Shown piece by piece: positions 12,453 through 25,355 of a stretch of DNA of 64,000 bases. Source of the DNA: Azolla caroliniana (Eukaryota > Plantae > Polypodiophyta); contig JBHGNT010000004.1 of assembly GCA_043228905.1 (NCBI GenBank), positions 10,850,001 to 10,914,000 of the forward strand, written 5' to 3'. The notes below the pieces were generated by a model. It saw nothing but the letters and a program-made list of their open reading frames with translations. It did no database searches and had not been told where the DNA came from. A program made the translations under genes and the position numbers. Within the stretch, counting starts at the first letter, position 1, and each line of letters starts with the position of its first letter.

Positions 12453-13484
12453 CTTACATTATCTCATATTTGGATACAAACAAATCTATCTTACACACAT
12501 ATGTGTAAGTTCATATATGCCTATTCTCTCACACGTACAAATTGTATACATTTGATATAAGCGCATTGAAGCTTGGAAAGTCTTGTTCACATGAGAGTAC
12601 TTGTGGGAGAGCTGATTTAACTTCTCAAAGGAGATCAAGTGTGAAACCTGAGGTTCTCAAAGAAATATTGTTCCTATCCTCTCTAGTTCAATTCCTATGT
12701 GGTTCCACTTACGTTTCACAAGCACACAAGTTACTTTTGTGACAACATGAGATATGATCAAGGTAGCACTTAAAATGGAATAGTAAGGCTCTAGCTTTAA
12801 ATTTGTAGAGAAAGTGAAGGCTTGAATAAAGAAAGAGAGAGAAAAATTAAGCGCTACCTCAAAGTTGAAAAAGTGAAGAAGAAGTTCAAAAGAACCGTAA
12901 ACGTGGCTGACTTCTATAGACTTTACATTGTATGTAGTATGTACATATATATATATATATATAGACCCTTTCACATTTTAGTAGCCAATAAGTTATTGTC
13001 CCTCGCCCCTTTTTCTTGCCTCTCTAGACTTGTCTTTTTTGGTACCAATTGTCAACTTGATGTTATTGGGAAGGCATGGAAACTCGACATATTGCATAAG
13101 CAGCAATTTTTTAAAAGAGGAACATGGGAATGTGTGCAAATGGAGTGGCTTCATTCCATGTACTTAGTCATGAAAACCAAAAAGGATAGGTGCCCTCCTC
13201 AATACACGATGACTACTGAACGAGGGATTGATTATTATTCATGGGAGTTGTTTTATTGGGGGAACAAAAAATACCCATTGAGCGACCACCTGAGTGATAG
13301 ATGAAACTCAATTGAAGGGGGAACACATTTGTCATGAACCATGATATATATATATATAATGTAAAATGTTTGGGTCGGTGTGTGTTGCGTTGTCCATGTC
13401 AGCAGCGGGCGGGGTTTCGGTTGGTCCACGCCGGCAGGCAGACGCCCCCCCCCCTCCTTGCTGGCAGGCAGGACTGAGGAACTC

Positions 13485-13486
<2 letters not shown>

Positions 13487-13531
<45 letters not shown>
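13487..13531. repeat. (GA)n microsatellite upstream of PHY
   Basis: About 22 AG units. A (TCT)n tract follows at ~13687-13717. Confidence 0.95.
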
Positions 13532-13535
<4 letters not shown>

Positions 13536-13817
13536 CGCTATGATGGATCGCTTTTGGCATGCGTTTGGCCTCCTCCTCCTATTCATGTCGCACGGCTATT
13601 GGTCCACGTCGTCCTCCGTCTCCCTACCTATCTCCATTTCCATCTCTCGCCCCTGCTCAGGCACCCTCTTTTTCTAAACCCTTTCGCTTCTTCTTCTTCT
13701 TCTTCTTCTTCTTCTTCTCTTTCTCTGCTCATATTCATTCATTCTTCAGATTCTTTCTGCCTGCTGTGCTGTGCTGTGCTGTCTTTTAACCCCAACTAAC
13801 TAACTAACTCTCTTTAT

Positions 13818-16800
13818 ATGTCTTCTTCTTCCTCCTCTGCTGTCCCGGAGGAGGAGGGGCCGCCGCCACCGCCACCGCCAAGCTCTTCTGCTCCTCCTTC
13901 ACATCTTCTAAGGTCAAAATACAAGCACAACGTCATCATAGCACAAACCAAAGCCGATGCTCACTTACATGCAAGCTTTGAACTGTCTCAATCAGATAGA
14001 GGAGAAGGAGAGGGAGAAGGGGAGAATTCGTTCGACTACATGAGGTCCATCAAGGACATCCGACGAACCTCAGCTGTGGTACCCAGTCACACCGTGACCG
14101 ACTACCTTCAAAGAATGCAAAGAGGTGGCCTCATCCAACCTTTCGGGTGTATGCTTGCCCTTGAGGAAGGAAGCTTCCGCATACTAGCATACAGCGAGAA
14201 CGCTGCTGAGATGCTTGGCCTTGGCCCTGGCCCGCATGCTGTACCCAACCTCAACCCGAGCCTCCTCAGCGTAGGCGTAGGCGCTGATGCACGCACCCTT
14301 TTCACTCCTTCCACTTGGCCTGCCCTCGAGAAAATGATGGGCACAGTCGATGTTTCTATGCTCAATGCGGTTGTTGTCCATACTCGAAGCTCAGGTAAAA
14401 CTTTCAATGCCATTGCTCATCGAATCGATGTAGGTTTAATTATCGATTTCGAGCCTGTGAGGCCTTCTGAGATATCTGCACCTGGTGCCCTTCAATCGCA
14501 CAAACTCGCCTCTAAAGCCATATCCAGGCTTCAATCTATACCTGTGGGAGATATTGATCTCTTATGTGATACTGTTGTGGAAGAAGTTAGAGAGCTTACT
14601 GGCTATGATCGAGTCATGGCTTATATTTTCCACAAAGATGAGCACGGTGAAGTCGTGGCCGAGATTCGTCGGGCTGATTTGGAACCTTATCTTGGTCTAC
14701 ATTATCCTTCCACAGATATACCACAAGCTTCTCGCTTCCTTTTCATGAAGAACAGGGTGAGAATGATATGTGATTGCAGAGCACCACCTGTAAGGGTCAT
14801 TCAAGATAAAGGATTGAATCAACCTTTGAGTTTGGCGGGCTCTACCTTACGAGCTCCTCATGGTTGTCATAGCCAGTATATGATGAATATGGGCTCTATA
14901 GCTTCATTAGTAATGGCTGTTGTGGTGAATAATAATGATAATGATGCTAGAGATCAAGCTTTGCATCCAACCAAAACAAAGAGGCTTTGGGGACTCGTGG
15001 TATGTCACCATACCACACCGAGGGCCGTTCCATTTGCCATTAGATCAGCTTGCGAATTCTTGATGCAAGTTTTCGGGCTTCAGCTGAATATGGAACTAGA
15101 ACTCGCTGCTCAAGTGAGAGAAAAACATGTACTGAGAACTCAAACCCTTCTGTGTGATATGCTTCTGAGGGATGCACCGATTGGGATTGTTTCCGAGTCT
15201 CCGAACATCATGGACCTTGTGAAATGTGACGGAGCTGCATTGTACTATGGGAAGAAATTCTGGCTGCTGGGCATAACTCCTACAGAGACTCAGATCAAAG
15301 ATCTTGCTGAGTGGCTTTTAGATGTCCATAAAGACTCCACTGGATTGAGTACTGATTGTCTCGCCGATGCTGGATACCCAGATGCTTCTGGCTTAGGAGA
15401 TGAAATATGTGGCATGGCTGCTGCGAAAGTCACGGCAAAAGATTTCTTATTTTGGTTTAGGTCTCATACTGCAAAGGAAATCAAATGGGGTGGGGCACGG
15501 CATGACCCCGATGAACGGGATGATGGAAGGAAAATGCATCCTAGGTCTTCTTTTAAGGCGTTCTTAGAGGTGGTAAAAAAGAGGAGCTTACCATGGGAGG
15601 ACATGGAGATGGATGCCATTCATTCTTTGCAGTTGATCCTTCGAGGGTCATTTCAAGATATAGACGATAGTGGCACCAAAACAACGATCCATTCACGCCT
15701 TAATGAGCTTAAGCTTCATGGGATGGATGAATTAAGCACAGTTGCTAATGAAATGGTGCGACTCATAGAAACTGCCACAGCACCCATATTTGCAGTAGAT
15801 GCGAGTGGATTTGTCAATGGATGGAATGCCAAAGTTTCAGAGCTAACAGGTCTCTCTGTGATAGAAGCTATGAGCAGGTCTCTGATTAGGGATGTGGTAG
15901 AAGTTTCGTCCATGGAAACTGTGGAGAGGGTGCTTGCCCTTGCTTTGCAAGGTCAGTTTTATTCTTTTTGAATAATGTTGGATTTTGCTTGAATTTATGT
16001 TTCATGAACCTCTTTTTTCTCTACACGTTCTTTATCTGAAGTATTCTATCATTTGGTGTCTTGATGACACTAATTTTATCATCAACATGTTCCTTGTATG
16101 AAATATGTGATTTTCGGTGTTTGATTAAATGCTCATTACATGAAATAATATTGTTAGCTGTTCGAGGCTTGATTACACTTTTTGATGTTTATTCCTGGTT
16201 CCAATTTTGATTGCAGGACAGGAGGAACAGAATGTAGAGCTCAAGTTGAAGACTTACGGAGACCAAGCTCAGAAGGGTCCAGTGATTCTGATTGTGAATG
16301 CATGCTCAAGCAGGGATTTTACAGATAATGTGGTCGGAGTATGCTTTGTTGGGCAAGATGTGACAGGGCAGAAAGTGGTGATGGACAAGTTTACACGGAT
16401 CCAAGGCGACTATAGGTCAATTGTGCAGAATCCTAACCCATTGATACCACCCATATTTGGAGCCGATGAGTTTGGATATTGTTCTGAATGGAATTCAGCT
16501 ATGGAAAAATTATCTGGTTGGATTAGGGAGGATGTTATAGGGAAGACGCTTATTGGAGAAGTGTTTGGGTCTGAATTAGCCTGTTGTAAGCTTAGAGGAC
16601 AAGATTCTCTAACTAAATTTATGATCATTTTGAACACTGCAATGAGTGGCAAAGATTCCGATCGTTTTCCATTCGGCTTTTTTGACCACAATGGCAAATA
16701 TGTGGAGGCACTTTTGATTGCAAACAAGAGAACAGATAGTGATGGTGTCATAACTGGAGTATTTTGTTTCCTTCACATAGCTAGTCCAGAGTTACAGCAA

Positions 16801-19800
16801 GCATTACATTTTCAAAGGTGTTCAGCAAGGACAGCTTTAGATCGATTGAAAGAAGTTGCCTACATGAAACAAGAAATTCGGAATCCTCTGAATGGAATCA
16901 TTTTCACACGGAAACTGTTGGAAGGGACTAATCTTAATAATGAACAGAAGGGAATCTTGGAGACGAGTGCTTTATGTGAGCGGCAACTACAGAACATATT
17001 AGATGAGGAAAATTTTGAAAAGCTTGATCAAGGGTATGTACTGCCTTCCCAACTTTTTGCATCTTGATAACCTCAATGTGCTATCAACTTGTTCTGTCCT
17101 CTTAACTGTGTCTTTTTTCAATGGTATGTATTGTCTTCCCAACTTTTTGCATCTTCACTGCGTCTTTGTGTCTTGATAACCTCAATGAGTTATCAACTTG
17201 TTCTGCCCTCTTAATTGTGTCTTTTTAACACTCCTCATATGCTGATTCAATCACTACTTAGTTCTTTGCTTTTCATGTTTCATCCTCACGCACTTTCTTA
17301 AGATTCTGTTTGAAAACTTCTATTTAAAGCATGTATACAAATGAAAGAAAAATATTTCTTCATTGGATGTATCTCATGCCACACTTTTTCCTTAAATCAA
17401 GTATTTGTGTTCACCAATTCAACATCATCTCTCTTCCTTGAGTAGTCCAGGCATCCAATCTGGACGTAGCCTTAGACATGTGGGAAATAACCATGTTCCA
17501 TTAAACCCTTCAGCATAAGTTATTTCAGGCTCTGACGTATTTGTAGTAACTAGAGAAAATAAAACTTGATTTCTGTGTGAATGTTTAATCAAATAAAAAA
17601 AATCATTAAGGATAGTTTAGCATGGTACTGGTTTTCCCTAATCATATGAGACTGAATTCATTCTTCTTATATTGTCATGTTACTTCACAGCACCCTTAAA
17701 AATGTGTATGTGCCAGTAATAATCTCTTTTCATGCACATCATGCATGGATGTCATAAAATAATTACTCTACAAGAAAACAATGACTTATACAAGAAAATA
17801 GTGACTCGTAATTTTACATCAGTGCTGAACATGAATGCATGCAAGCTCCTTGGGCAGATTTTTTGCCTCCATAAATTTGATTAATAATGTGGGATATATT
17901 GTTATAATGCTGTCGTTGTCTTATGCAGGAATATCGAGCTAGAAACATTGGAGTTTACAATGTGTGCTGTGATGGACGCAGTTATCAGCCAAGGGATGAT
18001 AATATCCAGAGAGAAGGGATTGCAGCTTATACAAGAAACTCAGTCGGAGATAAAAAGCATTCGACTCTTTGGAGATCAATATCGTCTTCAGCAAGTGCTG
18101 GCTGATTTCCTTACAACCGCAATGAGGTTCACATCATCGTCAGATGGTTGGGTCAGCATCGATGTTGGGTCTACAATTAAAGAAATCAAAGATGAACTTC
18201 ATCTAGTGCACTTTGAATTTAGGTAAGCCCTCATGACACATACTACTATTTTATGCATGTGGGCACGGCTGCACAGCATATGTGTCTTGAATGTTCAGAT
18301 CTTGATAGACAATCATCAAATATAATTGAGGTGATTATAAAAACATTTCTGAACTAGTACGTGGTCTAAAATTTTGTGTTTGAGATGGCCCATGACATCA
18401 GCAATGAAAAGATCAAACTATTTCTTCATGTTTTTAATGTAAGCATAGCCATGCCAATTGACATCAGATCACTCAATGAGATATGCAACAGGCTGACATG
18501 TGCCAATGTAGTCAAACATTATATTTCTATGTTCCTGTAATCTTGAGTGTGTACGATGACGAAGAACTATAAAGACAATTATGATAGTAGACACCATAAA
18601 TAAACCTTTTCCCTTGGTAATCCCTTCCATGTATTTGCTAGGATATAAGCCTCCCAATGTGTCTAGGTTCATGTTCTCTGACAAGAAGGATGTCACACCT
18701 CATCAACAGTACAATTTCAAGATAATTAATAACTATGTGAATGACTAGATTGAATTCTTACATGATCCTCAAATGTTGGTATATGAGCAATCAATGCCAC
18801 ACTAGATGTGAATTCAAATCGTTTATGTCTATGACCTCCACGATCATACAGTAACAGTAATGACTGATCTTCTAATAATTGTACTCAAGGCTTATTTATA
18901 TAGCTATCAATAATACAGCTTGTGCATACCCTAAAGCAATAAATGTAAAAGAAAGAAAGAAATATTAGTGTTTACTAGAGACCAATGAGACAAATCATGA
19001 TTACAAATATGGGTGAATTCATGTTATACATACTGAAAAATAATAATAGCTCTAGGCTTCCTAAAAGTTCATGATAATGATCTTAATGCATGTGGTGGAA
19101 TGCTTCTAGAGATGGTTTAAGCATGAAATGCATAACTAATATGTATTGCTTGAGTAATGATGATGGGGGACCTGGATCCCATATGGCTGCACTGTATTTG
19201 AGGGGAGGGGTGCCCGGTATGTGTCAAATACCCTTACTTCGGTGTGAGGCTCTTGGAAATATGGCTGGTGGCATTGTTGTTTTAGCATGGCAGAAGCTGC
19301 ATAGCCTCGAGTGAGACCATCCTTGGCAGCTTGAATAATGGTAATAATTGAAAAATGAGAAGGCACATCTGTTCAGTAATATACATTGGTATGTCACAAC
19401 AGGAGGGAGAAAATACAGAGATCGCTAATATTTACATGAGGAGAAAGTTCCTCTTTATAAAGGCCAAGATCTGGCTGTTGGGCTAACTAGCTGTTGGAGC
19501 TAACTAGCCGTTGGGCTAGCCGTTATGACTTTTAATCATTCTCAACACTCCCCCTCAAGATGGGCAAAAAATATCCACAAAGCCCATCTTGTCACACAAT
19601 CTAGTAAGATTTACTGGCCCAAGTCCCTTTGTAAGCCAATCTGCTACTTGATGTTCAGCAGAAACATGACTCAATTTTAATATTCCATTATCAAGCTTCT
19701 CCGTGATAAAGAATCTGTCGATTTTGATGTGCTTGGTCCTATCATGCTGTACCAGATTGTTGGCAATGCTGATTGCTGACTTATTGTCATACCACAGCAT

Positions 19801-22800
19801 CATCTGATTTTTTTGATTCACCTTTAGTTCTACTAGGAGAGTTCTCAGCCATAACATCTCCACAACTCCTACAACAATAGCTCTATACTCTGCTTCGGCT
19901 GTTGACCTTGCTACTACTGACTGTTTCTTACTCTTCCAAGAGACCAGATTGCCCCCAACAAACATGCAGTATCCAGATGTGGATTTCCTATCATCAGCAC
20001 AACTGGCCCAATCAGAACCACAATAGCCCTCAATGTTAAAATGACCATGTTTTCTAAAGGTCAATCCCTTCCCCGGGGCACCTTTGAGATATCTCAGAAT
20101 ATGGTACATTGCATCCATATGATCTTTCCTCAGATCATGCATGTAGCAACTTACCACACTTACCGCAAGTGAAATATCTGGACAGGTGTGAGTCAAATAA
20201 ATCAGCCAACCTACCAATCTTTGATACCTTTCACAATCAACTTTCTCTCCTGCAAGTTCAATTAGCTTGATCTTTTGGTTGATTGGAGAAGCTACGGGCC
20301 TACAACCCAACATTCCAGTTTCTGTGATAAGATCTAATACATATTTTTGTTGAGATAGAAAAACTCCTTTTGCTCCACGAGCTACCTCAATTCCAAGAAA
20401 GTATCGTAGCAATCCTAGATCCTTCACATCAAACTCTTTACTCAATTTCACCTTCAATTGCGCAATTTCTTCTTCATCGTTACCTGTGATAATTATATCA
20501 TCCACATACACAACAAGTAATGTAGTATGCTCCTTGTGTTGTTGAAAAAACACTGTATGGTCTGCATTCGTCTGTTGGTATCCCATACCCACCATAGCCC
20601 TTCTTAACTTGTCAAACCAGGCTCGAGGAGATGGATGGCTTTAGTCCATAAAGCGACTTCCTTAGTATGCAAACCTTACCTACTGTTTGAATTGTACCAA
20701 AACCTGGGGGGATATCCATGTATGTACACTTCCTCCATCAACTCTCCATGAAGGAATGCATTTTTTACATCTAATTGATGTAATTTCCAATCCTTATTCA
20801 CTGCTAAGGAAATAAGAGTTCTAACAGTGCAAGTCTCATCGTAGTCAATGCCATATGTCTGACTATATCCTTTAGCCACCAATCGTGCTTGGTATCGATC
20901 TATTTTTCCCTCTGGGGTCTGTTTTATTGTAAACACCCATTTGCACCCAACCGCCTTCTTTCTTGGTGGTAGTGACACAATCTCCCAAGTTTTGTTCTTC
21001 TCAAGAGCTCTGAGTTCTTCTTGCATGTCTGCTTTCCATTTTGGATCTTCTTTAGCAACCTGCCAACACTTGGGTAAAGTGACAAAGTCTAATAATGCAA
21101 TGAATGCTCTATGTGTAGCTGATATGTTAGAATAAGAGATAAACTGAGCAATATCATGAGGAAAACCATAATGATCAGGAGGGACTCCTGCATTATTGCG
21201 AGAGGTCCTCCTAATCTCTATAGGAGTGGAAATCATCACCTGTGATTTCTGGGTTTGGGAGTTCTGTAGGTATTTCAGAAGTCGAGGCAGGTCGGGACAT
21301 GGAACTCCTGACTCAAAACGCCATAAGTGGTATGTCCCATATGTTGGTGGTAAGGTATCAACAACTCCTCATAACTCATTTTAGATCCCCTTACATCTGT
21401 TCCCTCTACCATAGATGCTAATGTTGAATCCAACCCTTCACGATCCAAATACCATAGTCCACTATGCCATGTGCCAGTCCCAAGTGTTCTGACTTGTCCC
21501 TTTCTCCTAGAATATCACCTTGGGAATATCAAAAGAAACAACACATTTTAGTTGGTGTATGGTAGAACTTATGGATAATAGGTTTACTAGGAAAGGAGCA
21601 TGCAACACATTAGACAATGTCATAGAGTCGGTACATTTTACTGTAACTATACCCACTAGAGGTTGTGTTGTACCGTCAGCAATTTGAATGCTTTCTGGCA
21701 TTACTAAGTTAGTATATGAGGAGAATTCACTAGCATTACCCATCACATGCCTAGATGCACCAGAATCAATTATCCATTTTGGTGTAGAGGCAAGAGTATT
21801 TGTGTTGTTAGTACTTGTGGCCGAATAAGCATAGGTGGCAATGTTACCCCTTGACATGAATGAAGTATCATCTGCGGTTCTTTGCTTTCTCCTAGGTATT
21901 TCTAAGAGAGCTTGATCCTCTTCGGTGAACACCACCTTAGTTCCTTCCTCTTCTTTTGCTACCATCAGGTTTGCTTGGTGACCTCCTCTGGCACCTCTTA
22001 GACCCCCTCGACCACGACCTCTAGTTTGTCCACGCCCTCCATATTCTCTCCTTAGATGTTTTAGGGCAAGCATTCTTTAAATGACCAGCTTCACCAAAAT
22101 TGTAGCATTTTCAATTTTCACTTCCGCTTGAATTTGACACCATTAGTGCCGATCGTACCCCTGGAAGTCCAGTCGTGTCAGAGAACAGCTTCATTCTACT
22201 GTCCTCTTGTATCATAGTCGCAATCACCTCATCAAGTGTGGGAATTTCAGCCTTGGCTAGAAGAACTGCCCTTCTTTGATCAAAAGACGGGTTGAGATGT
22301 TTCAAAAATTGCATGGTTCTTCTTTGAGCAGAAACTTCCTTGCTCTTACATTGAGGATCATTGCACAGTCATAGGCGAGAAATGATCATATTCTGCCCAT
22401 AGACGCTCCAGCTCTATGGCATATTCCTAAATCATCCTATCTCTTGCTCGATTTGAAATACTCTCATGTTGTTTCCCCTCCCAGCATACATCTTTTGCAA
22501 TTTCTCCCATATCTACTTCACACTTAAAATTCCATCAACAATTGTGGCGATTGATGGAACCATGGAGTTGAGAAGCCACGTGTACAAAGACATGTGGGTA
22601 GCTCTCCATGCTTTCCATTCATTGCTCATTTTGACATGAGGTTCTTTCTCTTCTCCCGTTAGGTAGCCGTCAAGGCTTCTCCCTGCCAAGGCACCTATAA
22701 TCCGACGCGACCAACTCAAGTATGTGGCTGGTCCATCGAGTTTGAACTCATTTGGGAGGAGTTCAAGTCGGGGTGGTGGTTATGTTCCTGACACACCTCC

Positions 22801-25012
22801 AAATGCTACAATCTCAGCCTGCTTCATGTATTTCACCAATGTTTTCACCTCATCCTTGTTCAATTTTGAGAACACCTCATCCATCTTCTCAACTTAGCCT
22901 TATCTCTGCTCTCCTCTTCTGATTTCTTTTCATAAGTCACCTCTCAATCACATAGCAATGTCATCCCAAAAGGAAAAAATCCCCCTTTCCTCTCTTGGAT
23001 GCTAGGACAGTGCTGTTCCAATCGCTGTCATACCAGCAAAAGGGTGGATTTAGGGTTTTGCAGAGGGCTGATCTAGCAGAGGGGTGGATCTATGCTCTGC
23101 TACCAAATTGAAAAATGAGAAGGCACATCTGTTCAGTAATATACATTGGTATGTCACAACAGGAGGGAGAAAATATAGAGATCGCTAATATTTACATGAA
23201 GAGAAAGTTCCTCTTTATAAAGGCCAAGATCTGGCCGTTGGAGCTAACTAGCCGTTGGGCTAGCCGTTATGACTTTTAATCATTCTCAACAGTAATAGGG
23301 GACCTGGATCCTATATGGCTGCTGCATTGTACCTGAGCTCAGAGGTGACCATGTTGTCAAATACCCTACTTTGATTTGAGGCATTGTTGTCTTAGCATGG
23401 CAGTAGCTACATAGCCTCGAGTGAGTCCATCCTTGACTGCTTGAGTAATGGTAATGAGCTCAGGGCTGCTGCACTGTACATGAGCTCAGGGGTGACCAGG
23501 TGTCAAATACCCTACTTTGGTGTAAGGCTTTCAAAAGTATGCCTTGTGCCATTGTTCTAGCATGCCAAGAACTGCATAGTCTTGAGTGAGTCAATTCTTG
23601 GCAGCTTGGATCATAGAGGAGAGCTCAGTAATGCTTGTAAATGTTTTCCCTGGACACCTTGTTGGGAAATCGATGTGGGTGGATGAAAGAATAACGCCTC
23701 AATCTTTCCTAGGTTTACTCCGAGATCTTTTATAGATACATCCTTTGAAGATTGACTGCAGACTCAAGTACTGTAGTAATATGTAGAAGCCAAAGCCAAT
23801 CAAATCATAACACAATATGGTTAAGAAAGTACGATGATATCATGATACCAGTTGATTTTCTAGTGAAAATAGAGAGCATGATATCTACCATATTGTCAGG
23901 CATACTTGCTAGAAATATCTATCATGAGCTCATGAAAGTAGATTTAAGTGTGGCAGACTACATATTCACTACTGGCCAATATGTTGTGTTCCTGGTTTAC
24001 ATTTGCTAATTGGCTGTAGTTTCTGTACCTAGGCTACACATTCTTATATCCTATGGTATTTTGCATGGAACCTTCAAAAGATATCAATCCTATGATATTT
24101 TAAAATTAATAAAGTGACCATCTGATGGTGATGTGGTTGGCTAAGGGAGATGTTTAATCTTTTGAAGACTTGATGAATCTGAGGATAATTATTTCTATGG
24201 AATGCTTGATGTAAGAAACATCAAGTATCACATACATAGGAAGTTTACAATCTCCAGAAGGGTCTGTGCACTAGTAACAGTCAAAAACTTGGTTAAGAAG
24301 CCATTGATGTCAGATCTTTTTCTGCCATTTCTGAACGGTAGCGAGATTACTTTTGGATTCAAAGATGTGGTAGCTTTCCCAACTGGCATTCGACCAATGT
24401 TCTATGCATTGCTCCAATTATAGTTGGCAGGGCAGCTACGTCTAGTTATTTGAAAGAGCTCAAAAAATTGTTACCTTCATCGTTGTGAGTGAGATATGGG
24501 CAAACTTCTGGCTGGTTGGTCTTGACTATATATAGTGTCTTCAAGAAGAGAGAGAGAGAGACCTAGTACACATAGGTTCATTAAATGTCCTATAGCGTGT
24601 ACCATTTGGAAGTACTTATCAGACATTTGTCAAGTTTTAACCCGTTGTTGTTTGAGACCTCAACAATGGGTTTTTTCTCAATATGTTCAAAATGGTTCAA
24701 ATGATGAGATGGAGATATTGTTCCAATTTTTACGTTATTGGAGTCTACAACACAATTGGAATATGCGTAATGCTTTCATGTTTGATAATAGACAAGGGGT
24801 GAAAGCCTATATAAAGAAGCTGAAAGGTATTCTCATGTGGAATTTTTGGATGTTAGAGCATGTGGGTATCATTTCCTCAAATGCATATTCAGGTTTTTTA
24901 ATAGCATTACAGAATGTCCCTCTCCCTACATAGGCATATGATAGGTAGAGGAGACTAAGAAGTGTTGTAACTAAGTGGATTTTACATACAATTAATATAA
25001 TTGTGTGCTTTT

Positions 25013-25046
<34 letters not shown>

Positions 25047-25355
25047 GTCCGAGTGTTTTGCAAATCTGATTAATGGTCTTTAAGAGAGGTATTGTGATTC
25101 TAAAGTAAGAAGTGCTTACATTTTTGACACTTTGGATGAATGACCAGGATATCACATCCAGGCGCTGGTATACCTGAAGACCTAGTTCAGCAGATGCATG
25201 ATCGTTCTCAAGAAATAACTCAAGAGGGAATGGGGCTTAACTTTTCCCAAAAGCTTGTGAAATTGATGAATGGAAATGTTAAATACATTCAAGAGCCTGG
25301 ATTATGTTATTTCCAGATCAGTGTAGAACTACCTCTTGTGCAAGAAGAAGATTAA
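13818..25355 (+). CDS. PHY: Phytochrome (cryptogam type), exons 13818-15951, 16217-17033, 17929-18222, 25148-25355; 1150 aa
   Basis: PAS-GAF-PHY core with DIPQ, the bilin-binding Cys in RAPHGCH and PRSSF, then PAS repeats and an HKRD. Three GT-AG introns at the conserved land-plant positions. Exon phases are compatible (2134+817+294+208=3453 nt). Paralogue number cannot be assigned. Confidence 0.97.
17034..17227 (+). repeat. Tandem duplication of the first ~90 bp of PHY intron 2, including the 5' splice site
   Basis: GTATGTA(C/T)TG(C/T)CTTCCCAACTTTTTGCATCTT... begins at both 17034 and 17124. Confidence 0.9.
19146..23610. repeat. Degenerate ~150-190 bp tandem repeat (about 3 units) in PHY intron 3, split by copia G
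   Basis: Recurring TGA(G/A)TAATG...TGTCAAATACCCT...TAGCATG...GCATAG(C/T)CT(C/T)GAGTGAG in 19146-19345 and 23292-23610. Confidence 0.75.
19346..23291 (-). mobile_element. Ty1/copia element G (short-LTR, Ale/Retrofit-like), antisense in PHY intron 3, IN core missing
   Basis: LTRs 19346-19547 and 23106-23291, differing by one 16-bp repeat unit. TSD GTAAT. PBS GCTCTGCTACCA 23094-23105, PPT from 19548. Gag, PR (WIIDSGAS), RT (YVDD) and RNase H fragments. Confidence 0.93.
24550..24850 (+). mobile_element. L1-like LINE 3' remnant in PHY intron 3
   Basis: [14 protein letters not shown]...WNMRNAFMF resembles the plant L1 ORF2 C-terminal zinc-finger and W-x-x-RN-x-x-x-F motifs. Confidence 0.55.

Noticed and set aside
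13380-13799. ORFs upstream of PHY, including an ATG ORF at 13559-13789
   Set aside because: Made of microsatellite translations, and the TSS is unknown, so a uORF cannot be supported.
13818-25355. Neochrome or other chimeric phytochrome
   Set aside because: No LOV or Ser/Thr kinase domain. The C-terminus is canonical PAS-PAS-HKRD with the usual introns.
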